A stretch of 32,000 nt of DNA from Candidatus Pacearchaeota archaeon (GTDB lineage: Archaea; Nanobdellota; Nanobdellia; Pacearchaeales; UBA284), in assembly GCA_026016245.1 (NCBI GenBank), contig CP061211.1:90001-122000 (forward strand), in the 5' to 3' direction. Below, one piece after another: positions 9,165 through 16,148 of this stretch (within the stretch, counting starts at the first letter, position 1; each line of letters starts with the position of its first letter). Both the position numbers and the translations under genes were made by a program. Under the pieces are notes generated by a model. The model saw only the letters and a program-made list of their open reading frames with translations, was not told the origin of the DNA and made no database searches.

Positions 9165-9553
9165 CTGAATTAAAAATAAGGAAATTCCTCCCAGAAAAAA
9201 TACATGAAGGAAGGGTAAAGAAATTAGAAAAAGACTTAGTTTCTCTTGTAAAAAAAGAATATCCTGATAATAGGGTAACAACCAGAAGATATCATCCTAT
9301 TCCTAGTGAGCGCTATTTACTTCTAGCTATAGATAGGAAAAAATATTTAGGTAAGTATCTTCAGCTCTTCAATAAAATTGAAACAACTCAGGTGTTGGAT
9401 TTAGCAAGGAGATTGCATAGGGAAGAACTATTAACAAAAGTAGATATTCGCCTTTATGATCCTTCTTTGTTAAATAAAGTTGAAAAAATGCTTAAAAATT
9501 ATGACTATTTTGATGTTAATCTATCTGTTTACCTTAAGGGAGAAGGGAAATGA
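9161..9553 (+). CDS. Hypothetical protein
   Basis: 130-aa ORF with 4-nt overlaps on both sides, consistent with translational coupling. Confidence 0.6.
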   Translation: MTELKIRKFLPEKIHEGRVKKLEKDLVSLVKKEYPDNRVTTRRYHPIPSERYLLLAIDRKKYLGKYLQLFNKIETTQVLDLARRLHREELLTKVDIRLYDPSLLNKVEKMLKNYDYFDVNLSVYLKGEGK

Positions 9554-9894
9554 CATTAAAAGAAGTCGTTGAACAAAGGAAGAGAGAACTGAAGAAGATG
9601 ATTATGAAAACACCGAAGGATGAAGGAAGACTTTCACTAATGGTGACTTGTAGGTCTTGTTTGGTTTTTGGTTTTGTCTCCAATGAAAGAGCTTATAAAC
9701 ACTTTGTAATGGCTAGGCCTTATCTAAAAGAAATGTGCAAAGCAGCTTATGACGTTGGAGCATTATTTGGACCTCTTGAAAAAGATTATGCTGGAGAACA
9801 ATTAATTAATAAATGGTTGGCTAAAGAAATAGACAATTATCATGAACCTAAGAAAAGTTGTAAATCCAGGAAAAAATTTTTAGGTTTGTTCTAA
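9550..9894 (+). CDS. Hypothetical Cys-containing protein
   Basis: 114-aa ORF with a 4-nt overlap with the upstream ORF. Confidence 0.55.
   Translation: MTLKEVVEQRKRELKKMIMKTPKDEGRLSLMVTCRSCLVFGFVSNERAYKHFVMARPYLKEMCKAAYDVGALFGPLEKDYAGEQLINKWLAKEIDNYHEPKKSCKSRKKFLGLF
9871..9894 (+). repeat. Left copy of a 24-bp direct repeat flanking the radical SAM gene
   Basis: AAAAAATTTTTAGGTTTGTTCTAA; the first 20 bp are identical to 11215-11234. Confidence 0.6.
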
Positions 9895-9895
9895 A

Positions 9896-11227
9896 ATGAG
9901 AAATAGAAAAATTGCACTTATTTGTCCCCCAACAAATTATATTCCTGATAAAGACTATGAAAGAAAAGATTGGGAAATTAATGGATTACTCTGTTTAGAA
10001 TCTTTTTTGAGAGAAAAAGGATATGAACCAAAGATCATTGATTATCGAGAAGAATTTTCTTTGAATAATGAATATCTCAAAAGAATTGAAAAAGATATAA
10101 AAGATTTTTCGTTTATAGGGTTTCACACAGCTATTGATAGTTATCTTTCTTTAGAAAAAACCATTTCTTATTTAAAGGAAAAGAGAAAAAATTTACCAAT
10201 AATTCTTGGTGGTCCGCTTGTAAGTTCTTTTAAATTAAGTGAAGATAACTTAATTATGAAAAATATCCCTGCAGATATTGTAGTTATAGGAGAAGGAGAG
10301 CATACTCTATTAGAAATCTTACAATGTGTTGAACAAGAGAAAAAATTGAACAATATTAATGGGATTATTTATAGAGAACAAAATAAATTAATAGTGAATA
10401 GACCAAGAATGTTAATTAAGGATTTAAGTTCATTACCTTATGAGGACCATATGCAATGGCCAGATTTAAAAGAGACGATAAATGAAAAAAGATGGATTTC
10501 TGCTTTGTTTAGTAGAGGATGTTATTATAATTGTAGTTTTTGTTTTAAACTTATGAAAGGAGTTCGAAGGAGAAGTCTTGAACATATAGAAGAAGAGTTT
10601 GTTAATATAGAAAAAAATTTAGGAAAAAAGAGCATAATGATCACTGATGAAAATTTCATTTCTAATAGAGAATGGGCAATCGAAGTGTCAAACATCTTGG
10701 AAAAATATACAACCAATTGGAATTGTTGGTTAAGAGTTAATGATGTGGATTCAGATTTATTAAAAAAATTCAAAAGAAATAAGTGTGAAACAGTATGGTA
10801 TGGAATAGAGTCTTTTGATGAAGAAGTAATAAAGAGAACTGGGAAAAGAATAACTCCAGAACAATCTTTGAAAGCGATTGAAATGACTAAAGAAGCAGGA
10901 ATAGTGCCTTTTGGTTTTTTTATAATTGGATTACCCGGAGAAACAGAGAAGTCTCTAGAATATACTATCAAAATGATTGAAAAAAGTGGAGTTCTTCCTA
11001 GAGCTAATCTTTTATGCGTCTTTCCAGGAACAAAACTTTATTATGATGCATTAAGAAAGGGTTTAATAAAAGATGAATTAGAATATATAAAAAAGTTTGC
11101 TGAAAAAAACAGGCCACAAGGAGATGAAATTTTAATTAATATGACTTCTGTCAGTAATCAAAAATTAGTAGAGGCGAGAAACAAGATAAGAGATGATTTA
11201 AGGATAATAAATGAAAAAAATTTTTAG
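9896..11227 (+). CDS. B12-binding-domain radical SAM protein
   Basis: Radical SAM motif RGCYYNCSFCFK preceded by a cobalamin-binding-like N-terminus (ILGGPLVSS..., DIVVIGEGEHTLLEIL), plus a C-terminal EFFGIIGLPGET-type segment (FFIIGLPGETEKSLEYTI). Confidence 0.93.
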   Translation: MRNRKIALICPPTNYIPDKDYERKDWEINGLLCLESFLREKGYEPKIIDYREEFSLNNEYLKRIEKDIKDFSFIGFHTAIDSYLSLEKTISYLKEKRKNLPIILGGPLVSSFKLSEDNLIMKNIPADIVVIGEGEHTLLEILQCVEQEKKLNNINGIIYREQNKLIVNRPRMLIKDLSSLPYEDHMQWPDLKETINEKRWISALFSRGCYYNCSFCFKLMKGVRRRSLEHIEEEFVNIEKNLGKKSIMITDENFISNREWAIEVSNILEKYTTNWNCWLRVNDVDSDLLKKFKRNKCETVWYGIESFDEEVIKRTGKRITPEQSLKAIEMTKEAGIVPFGFFIIGLPGETEKSLEYTIKMIEKSGVLPRANLLCVFPGTKLYYDALRKGLIKDELEYIKKFAEKNRPQGDEILINMTSVSNQKLVEARNKIRDDLRIINEKNF

Positions 11228-11238
11228 GTTTGTTTTAG
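11215..11238 (+). repeat. Right copy of the 24-bp direct repeat
   Basis: AAAAAATTTTTAGGTTTGTTTTAG; differs from the left copy at two positions. Confidence 0.6.
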
Positions 11239-11248
11239 TTTCTGAAAG

Positions 11249-11659
11249 ATGAAAGATTCCTTAGAAAAAAGATTAGGCGGAATTGCGACAAAAATAATAA
11301 ACCCTAAAATTGGTGTAGTTACTGGAACAATAAGTGCATCTTATGCATTCTTTGTTAATGTTGGTCATGGTTTAACTCCTGCTGCTTTAGCTTCAGGAAA
11401 GCAATTTGCATTTAGTTTTTTATTTGGTGGTTTTGTTGGAAAAATTTGTCAATATTTTGCTAAAATGGAAAATAAATATCTTGCATGGACTTTGGGTGAA
11501 ATAGTCCCTAGTATTATAATGAGTAGTACCTTATATACAATTCATAAATTTAGTGGAACGCCAGAACCTTTAAAATCAATTATTCTTCCAGCAGCAATTG
11601 GTTTAACTGTATATGGTCCTGCTATAATTTATCTAACAAGAAAAGGCTATCTAAAATAG
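11249..11659 (+). CDS. Small predicted membrane protein
   Basis: 136 aa with several hydrophobic segments (IGVVTGTISASYAFFV, FAFSFLFGGFVGKI, SIILPAAIGLTVYGPAIIYL). Confidence 0.65.
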   Translation: MKDSLEKRLGGIATKIINPKIGVVTGTISASYAFFVNVGHGLTPAALASGKQFAFSFLFGGFVGKICQYFAKMENKYLAWTLGEIVPSIIMSSTLYTIHKFSGTPEPLKSIILPAAIGLTVYGPAIIYLTRKGYLK

Positions 11660-11719
11660 ATTCTCCTTACACTCCTCGAAAATTACGAAAATTCATCGTA
11701 AGATTTAAATACTACAAAA

Positions 11720-11835
11720 GGCGCGATTTTTTGTTCGAGATGGCGGAAGAATTTTTTAAGCACAACGGCGTCTTCGGATGTGCAGTTGACTTATAGGACT
11801 TCGGACGTCATCCCGTTCAACGCTTTTCTATTATA
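11720..11835 (+). ncRNA. Candidate structured non-coding RNA, alternatively a very short ORF (11742-11798)
   Basis: Locally GC-richer than its flanks. TTTAAATA at ~11706. cUUCGg tetraloop hairpin (CGTC-TTCG-GATG, 11771-11782). Alternative longer pairing GGCGTC (11769-11774) with GACGTC (11806-11811), extendable by AAC/GTT. Confidence 0.35.
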
Positions 11836-11893
11836 AAAAAACTTAAAAATACAAAATTCATTTAATATTTATCAAAGGAGGTTAAAAGTAAAA

Positions 11894-12118
11894 ATGGAAG
11901 GAGAAGACAGTACTAAAGAAAGAATGGAAGAAGCTAAGAAAGAAGCAGAAATTGCTAGTGTTGAAAATGAATTAAGAGATTTGATGAATTTTGTTAAGGT
12001 TAAGAATACAGAGGAATTAAAGCCTGGAGAAGGAAAGAAGATAGAAGATGATACAGCTAATGAACTTGTAGAAAAAATTAAACAAATAGCTCTTAAATTA
12101 GGAATTAGTAGTATGTAA
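11894..12118 (+). CDS. Small acidic hypothetical protein
   Basis: 74-aa ORF preceded by a strong Shine-Dalgarno-like AAAGGAGG. Confidence 0.6.
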   Translation: MEGEDSTKERMEEAKKEAEIASVENELRDLMNFVKVKNTEELKPGEGKKIEDDTANELVEKIKQIALKLGISSM

Positions 12119-12119
12119 G

Positions 12120-12452
12120 ATGAAAAGTTATTTGATTTTTGTTTTTGTTCTTTTAATTTTTCTAGGAATTTTTCTTAGTGGATTTAATGGCTGTGTTAGT
12201 GAAATAGAATGGCAGAAGGTTGAAGAAGGAAGATGGATTGCTATTAACAAAACTTGCTTGAGAGAAAATCCTATAGACTATTTATGTAAGGCTAATTGTT
12301 ATGAAAAATCTGAGGCAGAAATATGGAATTTTTGTAAAGATGAGGGCCAAGTAAGATTTACTGATGAGGGGGTAGAAGTTTTATGTTTTGGAGGCAGTTG
12401 TATGCCAGAAGTCAAGAATGAGATATGTAGCTTAATTTGTCCTCTTGGTTGA
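12120..12452 (+). CDS. Small cysteine-rich secreted/membrane-anchored protein
   Basis: Hydrophobic N-terminus MKSYLIFVFVLLIFLGIFLSGFNGCVS followed by a Cys-rich region. Confidence 0.65.
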   Translation: MKSYLIFVFVLLIFLGIFLSGFNGCVSEIEWQKVEEGRWIAINKTCLRENPIDYLCKANCYEKSEAEIWNFCKDEGQVRFTDEGVEVLCFGGSCMPEVKNEICSLICPLG

Positions 12453-12460
12453 TTACTAAA

Positions 12461-13435
12461 ATGACTATTGTGTATCATTCAAAAAATTATAATAAGTTCT
12501 TGAAAAAGATAAAGGAAGAGTTGGAGAGGACATTTAAGGGCTGTAAAAGAATAGCTATAAAAATTCATTTTGGAGAGCCTGGTAATAAGACAGCTTTTAC
12601 TCCTCAGGACATCAAGCCAGTAACAAACCTTTTGAAAGATCTAGATATAGGATTCTTTTTATTTGATTCTCCTGTAGTGTATCATAGTTTAAGAAATAAT
12701 CCTAAAACATACAAAAAGTATGCTGCTGAGAAAGGCTGGAGTGCTCTTGGAGAAATTGTTATCAGTAATGATTTTGTTATAGTTAAGGGAAAAAATTTGA
12801 AATATGAAGTTTGTAAACCTTTAGTTGAAGCAGATGGTGTTTTAGTTATAAGTCATATTAAAGGCCATGCCTGTTCAGGATTTGGAGGAGCAATTAAAAA
12901 TTTAGGAATGGGAGCAGTAACTAAAAAAACGAAAAAAGCTATTCATGATGGTGGTATGCCTGTCTATAAAGGAGGATGTGTTCAATGTGGTGAATGTGAA
13001 AAAGCATGTCCTTTAGACACTTTAAAAGTTAAAGACAAGCCTATTTTTGGAGAATGTTATGGGTGTTCAAATTGTATTTATGTTTGTCCACAGAATGCAA
13101 TTAAACCTAAAGTGAATTATTTTGACACTCTTTTAGCAGAAAGTGCTAGTATAGCAGAAACAAAATTTAAAAAAATTTATTATATTTCTTTTTTAAAAAA
13201 TATCACTAAAGAGTGTGATTGTGGGTCAAATCCTGGAAAGATTATTGCAAAAGATTCTGGTTATCTTGCTAGTAAATATGCAGTAGCTATTGATATGGCT
13301 GCTTATAATATAATCACTAAAAATTCTTCAGAAGATGTTTTTCTAAAATTTAATAAAAAATCTGGAGTTGAACAGGTTAAAGAAGCAGAAAAATTTGGCA
13401 TGGGCTCTTCTAAATATAAGCTAAAAGAAATTTAA
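12461..13435 (+). CDS. DUF362-family protein with two 4Fe-4S ferredoxin motifs
   Basis: Core IAIKIHFGEPGNKT... and HIKGHACSGFGGAIKNLGMG; ferredoxin motifs CVQCGECEKACP and CYGCSNCIYVCP. The track starts at the TTG at 12437; ATG 12461 is preferred. Confidence 0.9.
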   Translation: MTIVYHSKNYNKFLKKIKEELERTFKGCKRIAIKIHFGEPGNKTAFTPQDIKPVTNLLKDLDIGFFLFDSPVVYHSLRNNPKTYKKYAAEKGWSALGEIVISNDFVIVKGKNLKYEVCKPLVEADGVLVISHIKGHACSGFGGAIKNLGMGAVTKKTKKAIHDGGMPVYKGGCVQCGECEKACPLDTLKVKDKPIFGECYGCSNCIYVCPQNAIKPKVNYFDTLLAESASIAETKFKKIYYISFLKNITKECDCGSNPGKIIAKDSGYLASKYAVAIDMAAYNIITKNSSEDVFLKFNKKSGVEQVKEAEKFGMGSSKYKLKEI

Positions 13436-13437
13436 TT

Positions 13438-14103
13438 TTACTTTTTTCCTAATTCTTTTTTTACATTCTCAGCAACTTTTCTAGCCAATACAATAGGTTC
13501 TGGCATTTTGTGTGGTTCTTTAATACATCTTTTTGTTACTTCTATAGCTGTCTTTAGAGAGATCATATGGCCTGGAGAGATGTAGACTGGATTAGCTCCT
13601 TGTTTTGTTACTATTGCTTTAGCAACAATCTTCTTATTTAAAATTATCTCACCATTTTTTTCCTCTCCTATTAGGACTTTTTTAGCCACTCCAATAGTTG
13701 GTTTATTTATACTGACTCCAAAATGGCTTGTTAATCCTAAACCTCTAGGATGGGCAATTCCATGAGCTTCGATAAATATAACATCTGGTTGTTCTTCTAG
13801 CTTGCTGTAAACAATTGACATTGGAATGAGTTCTCTATAAGCTCTATAGCCAGGAATATAGGGAAATTTTATTGGTTTTATAATATATTTTTCTTCTATA
13901 AGTTCTAAATTCTCATCACATACAGCAGCACAAGCCATTATTTCTTTTGTTTTCTGTAAAATTTCTGTATGAATTGCTCCGAATCTTGTTGCATTTTCAA
14001 AATTAAATACATCTTTCGTTGAGATGTTCTTGGCTAGCTTTGTTTGTTCTGTCTTAAGAGCTTCAATATCTATACCTTTCTCAATTGCCTCTTTTTCTTT
14101 CAT
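13438..14103 (-). CDS. Endonuclease V-like protein with substitutions at catalytic positions
   Basis: FPYIPGYRAYREL, HGIAHPRGLGLTSHFGV, KPTIGVAKK, VYISPGH and MPEPIVLA match the EndoV fold, but the GxD and DG(H/Q)G motif aspartates are not conserved. Confidence 0.85.
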   Translation of the reverse strand: MKEKEAIEKGIDIEALKTEQTKLAKNISTKDVFNFENATRFGAIHTEILQKTKEIMACAAVCDENLELIEEKYIIKPIKFPYIPGYRAYRELIPMSIVYSKLEEQPDVIFIEAHGIAHPRGLGLTSHFGVSINKPTIGVAKKVLIGEEKNGEIILNKKIVAKAIVTKQGANPVYISPGHMISLKTAIEVTKRCIKEPHKMPEPIVLARKVAENVKKELGKK

Positions 14104-14185
14104 GAAATTCTAAAGAAAGATGGTATTAAAAAATTTACTGAACCGAATAGAAAGATTTAAATACCAAAAAATATACACATAAAAT

Positions 14186-14545
14186 ATGGTAAGAAAGAAT
14201 AGGAAAATAGATAAAAAATTAAAGAAATTGAAGAAGCTAGGTAGAGAGTACGGGGGACATTTACGAGCTAACGGCAGTCTAAAGTTTGCTCTTGAGGTAT
14301 CAAAAGGTAAGGGAAAATATCGCCAATTGGCATATTTATGGAGGGCTATAATTGTAGATCATCCTTTTACAGATGCTAACAAGAGGACGGCGATGAGAGA
14401 AACCTTAAGATTTATGAAAGAACATAAAATCGAAATAACTCAGAAAAAAATAGAAAGAATAACCAAAGCTATTATCAAAGTAGCAAAACAAAATCTTACA
14501 AATTTAAATCTGCTTGAGAGGAGGATTAGAAATGCAATCAAATAA
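14186..14545 (+). CDS. Fic/Doc-like domain protein, putative toxin
   Basis: HPFTDANKRTAMRE matches the Fic/Doc active-site motif HxFx(D/E)(A/G)N(K/G)R. 119 aa, TTTAAATA box ~25 nt upstream of the ATG. Confidence 0.78.
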   Translation: MVRKNRKIDKKLKKLKKLGREYGGHLRANGSLKFALEVSKGKGKYRQLAYLWRAIIVDHPFTDANKRTAMRETLRFMKEHKIEITQKKIERITKAIIKVAKQNLTNLNLLERRIRNAIK

Positions 14546-14729
14546 ATTCAAACAACTTGAAAAATATGGTTGTTGGCTGTTAGAAGAATTTGATAGAACA
14601 GGAAAATTGCCTATTGGAAGAAAAAGAATAGATATTACTTTGGATAAAAAAGTCATACTAAAACTAAGAAAAGAAGCTAAAAGAAAAAATATAGCTTTAT
14701 CAAGATTAATAGAAGAGAAAGTAAGATAA
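14532..14729 (+). CDS. Small ribbon-helix-helix-like protein, putative antitoxin
   Basis: RIDITLDKKVILKLRKEAKRKNIALSRLIEEKVR resembles an RHH strand plus two helices. Overlaps the 3' end of the Fic/Doc ORF (ATG 14532; the track start is 14514). Confidence 0.6.
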   Translation: MQSNKFKQLEKYGCWLLEEFDRTGKLPIGRKRIDITLDKKVILKLRKEAKRKNIALSRLIEEKVR

Positions 14730-14739
14730 TGGAAAGTTA

Positions 14740-15144
14740 CTACCTCTTTAATCTTTTTAATTCTTCTTTTATTTCAGATATTTTTGTAATCTTTAATTCT
14801 TTATTCTGTGCCATATTTCCAAAAATATCTATATGGAAAAGAGAATAACTTGGTAATACTCTATCTCTTTTGATTATTATTTGTGAATATCCCAGAGCTT
14901 TATTTATCTTGATTTCTATGGGGATTCCTTTATTTGGAATAATATAGCTTATTGTGTAAGCTTTTGTATCAAAGTTAGAAGGCCTCATTTCTATTGCAAT
15001 ATATTCTCCTGGATTCTTATCAATGCTGAATTTCTTGTCTAATCTCTGTTCTAGGTCTGCTACATAGGAAATATTTTCTTTTTCAAGAAATGTAAGAAAA
15101 TTTCTTATTATTTTTTTAAAATAAGGTTCTGTGATAATCATCAA
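14740..15144 (-). CDS. Hypothetical protein
   Basis: 134-aa ORF in an otherwise unoccupied interval. Confidence 0.6.
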   Translation of the reverse strand: MMIITEPYFKKIIRNFLTFLEKENISYVADLEQRLDKKFSIDKNPGEYIAIEMRPSNFDTKAYTISYIIPNKGIPIEIKINKALGYSQIIIKRDRVLPSYSLFHIDIFGNMAQNKELKITKISEIKEELKRLKR

Positions 15145-15189
15145 TTAGTTAATAGCTTTCTATATAAATATTTTATTGGGATTTTTTGA

Positions 15190-16101
15190 TTATTTTATCC
15201 TATCTTTGAGTGCAGCATGAATTAAAGGCAGGGCAATAGTGGCATCACAGAAAACATCCACAAATTTTGCTCTTGCTGCCATTTTTCCCCAACTTATACC
15301 TTCTTTAAGAGGAGCCCCACTGCTGCCTCCTGGTTCTGGCCTGTCTGTTGTTATCTGAACCCCATATATTGCAGGACGAGTGAATTGCATTGTCTGCTGT
15401 ATGAAGTTTTTTGGAACGCCTCCCCCAATATAGAAAACAGCAGTCTTTTTTGACTGCCACGAGAGCTCGATAATATCATGAACATCTCTGAAAAAATCAA
15501 GGTTAATTTTCTTTTTTCTTATTAGCTGGCCCCAAATCATTAAACCTATACCAGAATCTGTAAGAGCTGGACAGAAAATAGGAATTTTTTTCTTGTAACA
15601 TGTTTGTAAAATAGATCTTTTTTTAACTAAGGAACCTAATTTCCATAAAAATTCTTTTGGACTTTTGGCTTTTGAGAGATAATTGAAATTTTTTGTAAAG
15701 AAATCCTCTATTTTTCCATAAACCTGATTTTTCATCAACACATTGTAAATCCTATCTATCCCTTTTTTGTTTAATTCTTTATCATCAAGTTTTTCTGTTC
15801 TTTTATAGTGCTTAAATCCAAGAGCTTCAATTAAATCATGTGTTAAATTAGCTCCTGTTGTAACAAAAATATCTATATAATTTTGCTCTAACATATCTAT
15901 AATAATTTCTTTCATTCCTCCTGGCACTAAAGCTCCTGCAAATCCTAAGAAAAGTTTACATTCTTTATCCTTGATAGACTGTTCAAGAATATTTGTGGCT
16001 TGACTAAGATGACGAGCTCCAAAACCACAGCTGGCCATGTCCTTAATAATTTTGCTTGCTTTCTCTCCTTTTGTTATTTTTATGTGTTTTATAGGCTCCA
16101 T
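15190..16101 (-). CDS. dys: Deoxyhypusine synthase
   Basis: FLGFAGALVPGGMKEIIIDMLEQ, VTTGANLTHDLIEALG, FYIGGGVPKNFIQQ, SGAPLKEGISWGKM (active-site Lys region). Confidence 0.95.
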   Translation of the reverse strand: MEPIKHIKITKGEKASKIIKDMASCGFGARHLSQATNILEQSIKDKECKLFLGFAGALVPGGMKEIIIDMLEQNYIDIFVTTGANLTHDLIEALGFKHYKRTEKLDDKELNKKGIDRIYNVLMKNQVYGKIEDFFTKNFNYLSKAKSPKEFLWKLGSLVKKRSILQTCYKKKIPIFCPALTDSGIGLMIWGQLIRKKKINLDFFRDVHDIIELSWQSKKTAVFYIGGGVPKNFIQQTMQFTRPAIYGVQITTDRPEPGGSSGAPLKEGISWGKMAARAKFVDVFCDATIALPLIHAALKDRIK

Positions 16102-16148
16102 GTTTCAGTTAGAAGGCTTGCTATTATAAATTTTTCTAGAATAAAAGA

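Noticed and set aside
8208-9281. Minus-strand ORFs 8208-8501, 8629-8991 and 9042-9281
   Set aside because: All overlap the co-directional plus-strand genes and look like low-complexity antisense translations.
11742-11798. 18-codon ORF taken as a definite gene
   Set aside because: Too short to support as coding from sequence alone; kept only as an alternative to the structured RNA interpretation.
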